Below are positions 47,834-57,377 of a stretch of DNA of 64,000 nucleotides, one piece after another. The translations under genes and the position numbers were made by a program. The stretch is from a virus (Duplodnaviria > Heunggongvirae > Uroviricota > Caudoviricetes), in the IMG/VR virus record IMGVR_UViG_3300028048_001599; one strand, given 5' to 3'. How positions within the stretch are numbered: position 1 is the stretch's first letter; each line of letters begins with the position of its first letter. The notes under the pieces are model-generated. The model was not told the DNA's origin and did no database searches. It worked only from the letters and a program-made list of their open reading frames with translations.

Positions 47834-48468
47834 TAGTAAAGATGGCATCTAATGAGTGTGTCGGTAAATTTACATCAAAGCGTAAGATACAGACGGTAGT
47901 TGAGGTAGAAACCATAGAGGATTTAAGGAGTAACTTTAATAATATTAAGACTGCCGACGTTGTTGTTTATAAGGGTGATATTGACACATTTATTGATTCA
48001 TTCACACCGGACAATGTACTTAATGTAGATATTATGTACTCAGTAAACCCTGATATTGTAAATCTATCACTGCTTGACAAGTTAAAGGGGTATAATGTAC
48101 TCTGTAAAGTTCCTGATGGTTATCATAACATGGAACAGCTTCATAGTATCAGTTCAATGTATGGTAACATTAGATTTTGTGGGGGTCATTTACTGGCACT
48201 TGATGGTATAAACATCGGCTTGTTTGATGTTGAAAAAGAAAAGAGATATGTATTTAAGGATGAATATAGCTGTCAGGAAGATATTAAGACACTTGCAGAC
48301 CTTGATGAACTTGGTATAACTTACGCTTTCACCTCACCTAAGGAAAATGTACCTAAGATACCTAAGATTAAAGCACCGAAAGTTCTAAAAGATACAACTA
48401 AAAAACCAAAAGTTTCTAAACCCAAGAAACAACCTAAATTCAACGTAGGTGGTATGGGTGCTTTTTAA
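47830..48468 (+). CDS. Hypothetical protein with a Lys/Pro-rich C-terminal tail
   Basis: RBS AAGGTGGTAAAGACA. The tail is KIKAPKVLKDTTKKPKVSKPKKQPK. Confidence 0.5.
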   Translation: MIVKMASNECVGKFTSKRKIQTVVEVETIEDLRSNFNNIKTADVVVYKGDIDTFIDSFTPDNVLNVDIMYSVNPDIVNLSLLDKLKGYNVLCKVPDGYHNMEQLHSISSMYGNIRFCGGHLLALDGINIGLFDVEKEKRYVFKDEYSCQEDIKTLADLDELGITYAFTSPKENVPKIPKIKAPKVLKDTTKKPKVSKPKKQPKFNVGGMGAF

Positions 48469-48485
48469 GTTAGGGGTTGAACATT

Positions 48486-49460
48486 ATGAAAAAGTTAATC
48501 ACTAATTTAACAGAGCAATATATCAAGATGGAGGCTAAAGGTAAACAGGGTTTGAGATATAAACTTTACGGTTTTATAATAAGGTGTTATAAACGGCACG
48601 AAGGTAAAACAGTATCTCGAAAGTGGTTCTGGTTTTGGGGTCGATTTCACTTGCCTCCTTTTTGGTGGCGAACTAAAACATTTAAGATTATCACTTCATG
48701 TATGGTTATTTTGACTGTTGGTATTGTGGTTTTATACCTTTTATCAAATCAAAATGCGGAAAAAATTGTTTCTGATATAAGTTTAACTCCAATAGAGCGT
48801 TCAAGTAATGGAAGTAGAGAAAATACTAATTCTGTTGAGTCATCAGATGACCGTCCTAAGATGTATGAGGGTTCACTTGATATAGAAGAAACAGAGAACT
48901 ATGATTTCTTACGCTATGACTTATCTGATGCAGTAGCAAAGAATAGTGATACTGTGGGTTGGTTGACGGTTGATTATTGTGGCATAAACTACCCTGTTGT
49001 TCAAGGTACTGATAATGACTTCTATCTTAAACATGATTTTTACAAGAATTATAATTCTCATGGTTGGATTTTTCGGGATTGTAGATTTAATGATACAACA
49101 TATCATAATACAGTACTTTATGGTCACAATCTAATGGTTGGGGGTATGTTTTCAAATTTATCGTCTATATTTGATAGCAAGGAGCCTGTTTATGTAAAAT
49201 TTCAATCTACTTCAAGCACTTATATTTATAAGGTTGTTTCAGTGTATACAACTGAACCTGTTTTGGAGTACATTGAAATGAATTTTGATTCTATTGAAAA
49301 GTTAAGAAAATTTCACAAGGATATATTGGCAAGTAACCAGTGGAAATATGCTCCAAAAGAGGACTTAAAAGATGATGACAGAATATTAACATTATCTACT
49401 TGTTATGGTGATAATAGATTAGCTGTTCATTGTAAACTTCTTGCTAGTGAGATACTTTAA
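48486..49460 (+). CDS. Class B sortase (transpeptidase)
   Basis: N-terminal TM anchor. His motif LYGHN. Catalytic Cys motif TLSTCYGD (TLxTC). About 37 kDa, typical of SrtB. ATG 48486 lies 9 nt after GGGG. Confidence 0.75.
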   Translation: MKKLITNLTEQYIKMEAKGKQGLRYKLYGFIIRCYKRHEGKTVSRKWFWFWGRFHLPPFWWRTKTFKIITSCMVILTVGIVVLYLLSNQNAEKIVSDISLTPIERSSNGSRENTNSVESSDDRPKMYEGSLDIEETENYDFLRYDLSDAVAKNSDTVGWLTVDYCGINYPVVQGTDNDFYLKHDFYKNYNSHGWIFRDCRFNDTTYHNTVLYGHNLMVGGMFSNLSSIFDSKEPVYVKFQSTSSTYIYKVVSVYTTEPVLEYIEMNFDSIEKLRKFHKDILASNQWKYAPKEDLKDDDRILTLSTCYGDNRLAVHCKLLASEIL

Positions 49461-49484
49461 TAAAAAGTTAATAAAATCAAAGGG

Positions 49485-49521
49485 GTAGCACATCTAAATG
49501 GTGTGCTATTTACATTTTTTC
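49485..49521 (+). terminator. Rho-independent terminator
   Basis: tagcacatc-taaatg-gtgtgcta followed by TTTACATTTTTT. Confidence 0.6.
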
Positions 49522-49573
49522 ACACTTAAACTTTATATGATAATAAGAAAAATTAAGTGTAGGAGTTGATTTT

Positions 49574-50680
49574 ATGCATATTTCGGAAGATTACAGAATC
49601 CAGATTCAGGCAGAAATTGACCGACTTCAAAATCATGAGGGCAAGTCAAAAATTCAGCCACAGGATATTGCAGTTATAAGGATATTGCAGAATATTCTTG
49701 ATGACGACCAATTACCTTGGGAAAAGTCTTTTATAGCACCGGCAATTAACTACATCACTAAAACTCAGTATTCAGGTGTTAATCGTTGGATACTTCCTGG
49801 TGGTGAGTATGTAACCTTTAAACAGTTGGTGGAGTACAACAAAAAGAACAATACAAACTTTAGAATTAGCCCTGTTACAGATGAGGACAGGGGTATGACT
49901 CGATTGCTGAAGGGTTCTTTTCCTGTTGTTCATTATAATGTAAGACCACCAAGGGAGGCTACTGAGGAGGAAATCAAGAGGCATCAGGAAGGTAAAAAAG
50001 TATACGGTATATATCAAGATCAAGATACTGGTAAGTTTATGATACAACCACATGCAACTTGTAGTTACTTTAAGGTGTTCAATACTATTTATATTGTAGA
50101 CCCCGATACTGGGGAGGCATTTCCGAGGTTAAATATTGAGAAACATAATACTCTATTTACAGGTGAAAAAATAGTATCAGAGTATCAGAAATTATCAGGG
50201 GTAAAAATAATGTATGACACTCCTGGTAGATGTTTCTACTCACGTAATGAAGATGCAATTCATATGTCACCGCTTAATACATTTAGGAGTACTAAGAAAA
50301 ATCTTGACCCTGTTGTAGAATATTATAGTACTACATTCCATGAGATGGGACACAGTACAGGGGTAGAAAAACGTTGTAACAGGGAATGTTTTAAAGAATG
50401 GGATGGCTTTGGTTCTTTGAATTACTCGATGGAGGAATGTGTGGCTGAAATGACTGCAACATTATTACTCTCTGAGTTAAAAGTCGACCATAATACAATA
50501 GACCGTACTATTGATAATAGTGCATCATACATAGCAGGTTGGCTTGACTTTGTGTTAAAGCGTGATAAAAATGATAAGTACGGTAAAGGTGCAGAAAAAC
50601 TGATATACGCTGTACGAAGGGCAGAAAAAGCAAGGAACTATATCATGAGTTGGTTTAACGAATGTAAATCATCTTCTTAA
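49574..50680 (+). CDS. ArdC-like anti-restriction protein (ArdC-N ssDNA-binding domain plus zincin-like HExxH metallopeptidase domain)
   Basis: N-terminus LPWEKSF...NYITKTQYSGVNRWIL (ArdC_N signature lPW...N.tg..Y.G.N..L). C-terminus FHEMGHSTG..KRCNRE...EECVAEMTATLL.SEL (HExxH...EEL.AE motif of ArdC/DUF1738). Confidence 0.65.
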   Translation: MHISEDYRIQIQAEIDRLQNHEGKSKIQPQDIAVIRILQNILDDDQLPWEKSFIAPAINYITKTQYSGVNRWILPGGEYVTFKQLVEYNKKNNTNFRISPVTDEDRGMTRLLKGSFPVVHYNVRPPREATEEEIKRHQEGKKVYGIYQDQDTGKFMIQPHATCSYFKVFNTIYIVDPDTGEAFPRLNIEKHNTLFTGEKIVSEYQKLSGVKIMYDTPGRCFYSRNEDAIHMSPLNTFRSTKKNLDPVVEYYSTTFHEMGHSTGVEKRCNRECFKEWDGFGSLNYSMEECVAEMTATLLLSELKVDHNTIDRTIDNSASYIAGWLDFVLKRDKNDKYGKGAEKLIYAVRRAEKARNYIMSWFNECKSSS

Positions 50681-50795
50681 AATTGACATTTGTACTAAAT
50701 CAACACTTAATTGAAATAAAACTGATGTTTATTGTAAAAAGTTGTTTATTTTGTAAAAAATAGGCAACTTTTTTCAAATTTTTGGGAAAAAAGGG

Positions 50796-50824
50796 TTGAT
50801 TTTTGGGAAATTTCATGGTATAAT
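50796..50824 (+). promoter_or_regulatory. Near-consensus sigma-A promoter
   Basis: TTGATT, a 17-nt spacer, then TGGTATAAT. Confidence 0.65.
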
Positions 50825-50940
50825 ATGTATATAAATTAAAAATCTGTCAAAAAGGAGGATGTAGTCGGGTTTTGACCTGCAGGATATGTCAAAGTTTAAT
50901 TAAATGTTGTATAAAATGATAAATTGTAGAATGACAGAGA

Positions 50941-51582
50941 TTGTTAAAATATATTTTGATTTTTAAAGCACATGAATTAAATAGGCATAAGGAAAATCAC
51001 TCGATTACAAAGACGAATATGTTATCTTTTTCTGTTAATGCACAAGTTACTTGTGATGTACCAGCACAAATGCGTAGGCTTATTCAGGGTAGTATTGCAA
51101 GTGGTGAAACGCACTTTCTTTTAGAGGATATAGGCGACTTATATCTTGGTATTGCTGACCCTCACAGAAAGAATCATGTATCTGAGGACGTTAACACGTT
51201 CAGTTATATGAAAAAATGTAAATGGACAAAACAAGCACGTAAAAACAAGTACGAAAGTAACATTATATCGCAGGAAGAAGAGGACGATGAAAACGTAACA
51301 GGTGGGGTAGCCGAAAGAGTACTTGCCTATGTCGAAACAGACCTCGATAGAATTGCTGACAGTTCCGAATTTAAGTATTGTCTGGAACAGCTTTATGATA
51401 TGGCTGATTTGATAGAGATTGAATATGATATAAACATTATCACAGCTATGCTTCAGGCAGCAAAAGGAAATATAGTATCGATCGGTCTTATTAAGAGTGT
51501 TAAGGACAAGTATATTGGTTTATCTGACTTGTTATTTAAAGTTATGACACATGAGGGCTGGGCTGAGGCTCTTGCTCATTAA
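50941..51582 (+). CDS. Hypothetical protein. The start is uncertain (TTG 50941 or ATG 51019 giving MLSFSVN...).
   Basis: ORF downstream of promoter 50796. No strong RBS at either start. Confidence 0.4.
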   Translation: MLKYILIFKAHELNRHKENHSITKTNMLSFSVNAQVTCDVPAQMRRLIQGSIASGETHFLLEDIGDLYLGIADPHRKNHVSEDVNTFSYMKKCKWTKQARKNKYESNIISQEEEDDENVTGGVAERVLAYVETDLDRIADSSEFKYCLEQLYDMADLIEIEYDINIITAMLQAAKGNIVSIGLIKSVKDKYIGLSDLLFKVMTHEGWAEALAH

Positions 51583-51614
51583 GACTTAAAATTATAAAGG
51601 ACGGTATTTAATCA

Positions 51615-52877
51615 ATGTTATCATTTTCAGTAAATTCAACTATAGAGTTAAATTTAACAGCCCTCCTTTGGCGTTATGTAGAGAAAAATGTAGGTATGAT
51701 ACGTAAGGCAGTATCACTGAATGTACCTGGATATGTTCAGGATAGAAAAGGGGTAATTGATGCTCAGGTTGATGTTCTTAAAGAAGAGATATGGTTTAAG
51801 ACCGTAACCAACTTTAGGGTTAGTCTAGCTAACCCTAATTTTGATTACGATGAACAAGTAGAGCACTACGTTAAGTCAACAATTAAGAACACCTTAAAAG
51901 ATTTGAATGACTCAAAGAAAAAAGGTGCTGTTCCTGTTGACTTAGATTTACTCGATGGACACAATAACACATCGGATGATGAAAATGTGGGTGATGCAAG
52001 AGCACTGTATCAATTATTCCACACTGTTGCAAATAATCCGGAGCACCTTGAATCTTTGGAACATTCCATTAAACTTGAGGAGTTTCGTAAACTGGTGGTG
52101 GAAATTTATCTGACAGATAAAAAGTTATACGATACTCTGGATGAATTAGTTCAGATTTGTTGTGATAACAGTATTTCACGAATCCGAATAGATAACAAAA
52201 TAAAGTACATCAGGGGTAAAAAGGAAGAAAAATTGATTTTAAGGTTTTTTGACTACTTTGCTCATGCAAGTTTACCTGAGATTGAAAATACTTTTAACGA
52301 ATTTAGAAAGGTAGCTCCAGCACCTATGTCTAAATCAAAAGAAATCGTAATAAAGGATTATCCATTTTATCAGTATGCAGAACCCGATGAAATTTATAGA
52401 GGGGTAGTCAAACAAGGAAGTAAACTTGCAAAATTTGATTTTACCAATTGTAGATTTGACAACAACGTTGAATTGGAGACTTCTCTATTTAACATAGTAA
52501 ACTCTAAAACAAATAAGATATATCGTATTCGTATTGAGGATTACTTAGATTATGCAAGTTATAATACAAACGTGGAAGAAGGGGTAGAAACCGAGTTACT
52601 TCATTGGTTTAAGGATTTTTACATATACTCACTCCCCTCTGGAAAACGTGTCGGTTTCTGTAACGACCCTTCTGAATATATGATAATGGTTAAACAGGAA
52701 CTTCTCGCAAACTTGCTAAAAAGTGGCATTACAAACATATTTGCAATGACTGACTCTTATGTTTATTTCTCACCTAAAACTAAACCAAAATATTCCTGTG
52801 TATATAGTAAGCTTTTCAATGGAAAGGTTATAAAAATGAATGTGCAGGAGGTTTACAATGTTAGTAGTAAAGGTTGA
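51615..52877 (+). CDS. Hypothetical protein (420 aa), immediately upstream of the DNA polymerase
   Basis: ORF with RBS AAGGACGG. The N-terminus MLSFSVN is identical to the internal start of the preceding ORF. Confidence 0.55.
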   Translation: MLSFSVNSTIELNLTALLWRYVEKNVGMIRKAVSLNVPGYVQDRKGVIDAQVDVLKEEIWFKTVTNFRVSLANPNFDYDEQVEHYVKSTIKNTLKDLNDSKKKGAVPVDLDLLDGHNNTSDDENVGDARALYQLFHTVANNPEHLESLEHSIKLEEFRKLVVEIYLTDKKLYDTLDELVQICCDNSISRIRIDNKIKYIRGKKEEKLILRFFDYFAHASLPEIENTFNEFRKVAPAPMSKSKEIVIKDYPFYQYAEPDEIYRGVVKQGSKLAKFDFTNCRFDNNVELETSLFNIVNSKTNKIYRIRIEDYLDYASYNTNVEEGVETELLHWFKDFYIYSLPSGKRVGFCNDPSEYMIMVKQELLANLLKSGITNIFAMTDSYVYFSPKTKPKYSCVYSKLFNGKVIKMNVQEVYNVSSKG

Positions 52878-53322
52878 CCGAAATGAATATACCGAGAACG
52901 GTAGTAAACGGGAAATATGGGGGTATCAGTTCCTTTTAGATGGACATTTACTGAAGCAGGAGGTTATAAAAGCGAGGGTAAATTCTGATGACACACGATT
53001 GATGCGTTACATCAGATGTTATCAGTGGGCTTTTGAGAAGATAAGTGGTTATATCAATACCAATAGTATTGGTAGAGATACTCTTAATATTTATTTTACC
53101 AATAGTACCATAAATACGTGGTTGCATAATGGTAAGGTGTATAAGGATTATCGTATAGCCTTTGATAAAGTAATGGGGGTACTTGACAATATTCCTATGA
53201 CCTTGAAATTTATTAAGGTTGACCGTAATTGGTCTTTTAGAAAACTGTTGGTGAACGATAATATAACAAGGGAGCGTTATTCAAACCTTGCATCATTTCT
53301 TAATTCAATGGAGGGGGACTAA
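52858..53322 (+). CDS. Hypothetical protein
   Basis: ATG after GCAGGAGGTTTACA. Confidence 0.5.
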   Translation: MLVVKVDRNEYTENGSKREIWGYQFLLDGHLLKQEVIKARVNSDDTRLMRYIRCYQWAFEKISGYINTNSIGRDTLNIYFTNSTINTWLHNGKVYKDYRIAFDKVMGVLDNIPMTLKFIKVDRNWSFRKLLVNDNITRERYSNLASFLNSMEGD

Positions 53323-56300
53323 TGCTAACAGGTGTATTAAAATATAGAGATTTAAGTAGTAAAGACTACGATGGAACAAATATGGATTATACCTTTAATG
53401 TTAAGGCTGCGGAGTTTCCTGATGTTCTTTGGTTGTCACTTGTAACGACTGAGACTGATGTTTTTAAACTTGTCGATATCAATAAGATGATTCACAAGTG
53501 TGTAAAACCGGAAAAGTTTGATAAAGACGTGAGTGATATCGCTACAGGTTCTTGTCGAATTGACGTTGGTAGTTCAGTAAAAACAAATGCAGTAAATACA
53601 ATCTTCGCTGCACGTATAGGTTCAGCAGTAAGGTACGCTTTGAGTGTCCCTGGTAGGACAGTATTGAATGAAAACGGTGACTTGTTAGCCACTGACAAAA
53701 TAGGGGGTAATGAGTTCAAGGTCAAATATTTCTGTAGTGTCCCTGTTGAAGTCTACATTAAAACTAAGTTTTTGGAACTTAGTGTAACAAAGGTTGATTC
53801 ATGCGAGGTATTCCCTAAACTTCAGGAAAAGAATAAATACGGTGATATTGTATCAATTACTCCTATTTCAAACATCGCCGTAAAGAAAAATGAAGAATTT
53901 TTAGGTTTTAAACCTCCTATGAAGGAAGTCGATGATGTTCCTGAATGGGGGTTAAGACAGACAATAGAAGAAGTAATCGAAGCAAATCCGAATAAGAACA
54001 CATCATGGATTTTGGATAGACATTACGTCATTGTTGATAAAAACAACGTTGATGAAATTATTGAAAAATTCCTAAATTATGACGGGCTTATAGCGTTCGA
54101 TACTGAAACAACAGGTCTTGATATTACATTTCGCTCAGCACAGGGCAATGGTGATACGATTGTAGGACTTTCATTATCTTATAAAGCAGGAGAGGGTTAT
54201 TACTTCCCACTTGCTCATAAGAAATTTGAGAACCTTACAGATGATATCGTCTACTTCATGCAAACAAAAATTCGTCCTATTCTTGAAGGTAAAAAGATAA
54301 TCTGTCATAACACAGCGTTCGACTGGAAGGTAGGCTATCTTTACGGTATCAACACGAATGTAGTGTTTGATACACTTGTTGCTTTCAATTGTACATTCCG
54401 TTATCAGTACGGTAAGGGTTACGAAACAGGATTGAAAGCGTTGGCAAAGAATATTCTTGGGTTAGACATGTTCGACCTTGAGGACTTTGTAATAGGAGAA
54501 TGGGGTAGTACTGAAATAAACTTTTCTGACCTACCTTACGAACTTGTTCGTAGATACGCAACTGCTGATGCTGATATGACATTGTCGTTGTATGATTGGC
54601 TTGTTAAGAATGATATACTCAATCGGTTTAATGCTGTACGTGTTCATGATTTAGAGGTACAATTTGCAAAGGTTGTAGCTTATTCTGAATATTGGGGGTA
54701 TCGTGTTGATATGGCGAAACTTCCTGATATGGTAACGAAAAATACTGAACAGTTAAAAACAGCTGAGCAGGAGATGTACCGACTTGCAGGTCATGAATTT
54801 AACCCTAATTCTCCGAAGCAGTTAAAGCAGATAATGTACGAGGAGTTAGGTATTGAGCAAATCAACGGTCAGGATAGTACCAAAGCGGAAATTTTGAAGG
54901 AACTTGATAAAATTCAAAATGCTGATGGTACTCGTAAATATCCTTTTGTTCATGCACTGCTTGAATATCGTAACAAAGAAGGTACGAATAAGAACTTCAT
55001 TAAAAAGCGTGACGAGTTTATAACTCCTGACGGGTTTATTTTCCCTCATGTATTCCAATTTGGTACTGATACTGGTCGTGTATCAATTAAAGAGCCGAAC
55101 TATCAGTCATATGATAAACTTGTAAAGCATTATATAGTACCAAGAGAGGGATATGTTCACTTTGACTGTGACTACTCTCAGATTGAATATCGTGTTCTTG
55201 CGTCAATGGCACAACAGACAAACCTTTGTGATGCTCTTGCCGACCCTGACATGGACTATCATACATACCAAGCAGCGAGAATGTTTAATGTTCCTTACGC
55301 ATCTGTAACATCTGCACTTAGAAAACAGTCAAAAGGTATCAACTTTGGACTTCCGTATGGTATGGAAGATAAGTCATTGGGTAAACGTATATTTGGACAG
55401 GTAACACCTGAGAATACTGCCAAGGCTGCTTTACTTCGTAAGAAGTACTTTCAGGGTCAGGAAAAGATACAGCAGTTCTTTGAAGTTGTGCGAGCACAGG
55501 GTGTAGCAGAGGGGTATACTGAAACCTGGCTTGGACGTCGTAGATACTATGATAAACAGCGTTTTGACGTTGGTTCAATTCGTAGACAGGCGGGCAATCA
55601 TGTTATACAGGGTTGTGTTGATGGTGATACTTTGATTCAGACGAAAGAACTTGGTATTGTTAAAATTAAGGACATAGTTGGGACAAGTCTGAATATATGG
55701 AATGGTGAGGTTTGGACTCATGGAGATGTGATGTACTCCGGTGAAAAACAGAAGTGCATTGTAAGATTCAAAGGCGGACAGGAGTTTATTTGTAGTCCAA
55801 TACATAAATTTCTTGTTATAGATGAAAACAATGAAGGACATTGGGTTGAATGTAAGGACTTGGTTAATGGGTTAAGTATACGTGTTAATGCCAATTATTC
55901 AAATTCAAATACACTGATTTGTTCATATTATGACGTAGAACATGTATTTGGTACTACTGATAGTATAAAAATAGGAAAGAAAATTGGTGGTATGGTATCA
56001 GTCGGGGTAATCAATGACACAGGTTTTCATAGATTATGTTGTTCAGATTATCAGAGATATATTGTTGAGGGTATATTCAATGATATGTTTAAAGATTGTG
56101 CTGTAGTGCGTGGTTTTGTAGCTGGACTGTTCTCTAAATATTTCAAGGACAATGGTTTCGATGGTGACACTGTAGAACTTACATTTATGGATAATGAATG
56201 GTATCATACATTATGTAAGAACGTACAAAAAGCATTATTGATGCACGGTATTAAAAGCACGGTGTCTAATAGTTCTATCGTAGTAAATGGGGTAGATGTT

Positions 56301-57377
56301 GAGAGACTTAAAAAGTTAGTAAAACTACCTGCTTGTAGTTTAGATGACTATGCTGGTGGGGTAGAGATAGAGTCTGTAGAAATCACTGATGAATATATTG
56401 ACATGTATGACGTATGTAACACAGATAATGGTTTTTACATGGCAGATGGGGTAATCACTCATAACACTGCGGCAGACATCTACAAGATGGGTGTCGTATC
56501 GATGTTTGATATGATATGTCGAAATGGTTGGCTTGGTAAGGTACTTATTAATGCATTTGTACATGATGAAATCCTTATTGAAATACATAATTCGATAAAT
56601 CCTTATGAGTTCCTTAAGTACTGGCGTGATGAATATCAGGTAAAAATAAAGGGGTTCTGTCAACTTTACGCAGGTGCTGGGTTCGGTGAGAATTGGTACG
56701 TGGCTAAATCTCAGGATTTACCTCCGGGATTCATTCAGGAATGTATTGATAAAGCTGATACAATGGAATGGGACGGTGACCTTGAAAAATTTCTCAAACA
56801 GTGTAATGATGATTACTTTGATTATAAGGTAAGACGTGTTCGTGATTATATCACTGACAGTGAGAACGATAATCAGGTAATTAAACCGCTTATAAATGCA
56901 CTTCTATTAGAGGTTACGTCAGATGCTCTTAACATTAGTGAAAAGGGGCTTACAAATCAGTATAAGGCACTTAATGAAATAATCGAAAAATTTCATGAGG
57001 TTTATCCGACTTACTTTAATAATGAGATGCAGATATATAAGATACTACCACCTGATGCAGTAACGTCTAACAGTAGTCAACAGCAGGTCAGTGTGAATAT
57101 AGCACCTATTGATAAGGAAAAATCAATGGTAGAAAGGTGCAAAAATTATGGGGTAGCTGTAGACGTTGATAATATGACAATATATTTGTTATTTGTACAG
57201 AATCAGCAGGTAATGAGTGTAATAAAGGGGTATTGTAATAACGATACGGGGTACAAATTAAGATTTGTAGTACCGAAGGGTGAAAAAGACGTTACTCTTA
57301 TGCAAACTCCTTACTTCATTAAAGGTGGCGATGCTTTAAGTCTGCAATCAATGTATAAAGGACTGATGACAGTATGA
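53322..57377 (+). CDS. Family A DNA polymerase (Pol I-like) with 3'-5' exonuclease, interrupted by an intein
   Basis: Exo I LIAFDTETTGLD. Motif A HFDCDYSQIEYRVLA. Motif B RKQSKGINFGLPYG. Motif C VHDEILIE. The QG...TAADI block is split by a Cys...HN element. Confidence 0.85.
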   Translation: MLTGVLKYRDLSSKDYDGTNMDYTFNVKAAEFPDVLWLSLVTTETDVFKLVDINKMIHKCVKPEKFDKDVSDIATGSCRIDVGSSVKTNAVNTIFAARIGSAVRYALSVPGRTVLNENGDLLATDKIGGNEFKVKYFCSVPVEVYIKTKFLELSVTKVDSCEVFPKLQEKNKYGDIVSITPISNIAVKKNEEFLGFKPPMKEVDDVPEWGLRQTIEEVIEANPNKNTSWILDRHYVIVDKNNVDEIIEKFLNYDGLIAFDTETTGLDITFRSAQGNGDTIVGLSLSYKAGEGYYFPLAHKKFENLTDDIVYFMQTKIRPILEGKKIICHNTAFDWKVGYLYGINTNVVFDTLVAFNCTFRYQYGKGYETGLKALAKNILGLDMFDLEDFVIGEWGSTEINFSDLPYELVRRYATADADMTLSLYDWLVKNDILNRFNAVRVHDLEVQFAKVVAYSEYWGYRVDMAKLPDMVTKNTEQLKTAEQEMYRLAGHEFNPNSPKQLKQIMYEELGIEQINGQDSTKAEILKELDKIQNADGTRKYPFVHALLEYRNKEGTNKNFIKKRDEFITPDGFIFPHVFQFGTDTGRVSIKEPNYQSYDKLVKHYIVPREGYVHFDCDYSQIEYRVLASMAQQTNLCDALADPDMDYHTYQAARMFNVPYASVTSALRKQSKGINFGLPYGMEDKSLGKRIFGQVTPENTAKAALLRKKYFQGQEKIQQFFEVVRAQGVAEGYTETWLGRRRYYDKQRFDVGSIRRQAGNHVIQGCVDGDTLIQTKELGIVKIKDIVGTSLNIWNGEVWTHGDVMYSGEKQKCIVRFKGGQEFICSPIHKFLVIDENNEGHWVECKDLVNGLSIRVNANYSNSNTLICSYYDVEHVFGTTDSIKIGKKIGGMVSVGVINDTGFHRLCCSDYQRYIVEGIFNDMFKDCAVVRGFVAGLFSKYFKDNGFDGDTVELTFMDNEWYHTLCKNVQKALLMHGIKSTVSNSSIVVNGVDVERLKKLVKLPACSLDDYAGGVEIESVEITDEYIDMYDVCNTDNGFYMADGVITHNTAADIYKMGVVSMFDMICRNGWLGKVLINAFVHDEILIEIHNSINPYEFLKYWRDEYQVKIKGFCQLYAGAGFGENWYVAKSQDLPPGFIQECIDKADTMEWDGDLEKFLKQCNDDYFDYKVRRVRDYITDSENDNQVIKPLINALLLEVTSDALNISEKGLTNQYKALNEIIEKFHEVYPTYFNNEMQIYKILPPDAVTSNSSQQQVSVNIAPIDKEKSMVERCKNYGVAVDVDNMTIYLLFVQNQQVMSVIKGYCNNDTGYKLRFVVPKGEKDVTLMQTPYFIKGGDALSLQSMYKGLMTV
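55614..56465 (+). other. Intein (284 aa) inserted between NHVIQG and TAADIYKMG of the polymerase. It probably contains a homing-endonuclease-like insert.
   Basis: Block A CVDGDTLIQ. Block B SPIHKFLV (TxxH). C-terminal VCNTDNGFYMADGVITHN followed by Thr (+1). The middle has a LAGLIDADG-like segment RGFVAGLFSKYFKDNGFDGD. Confidence 0.7.
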
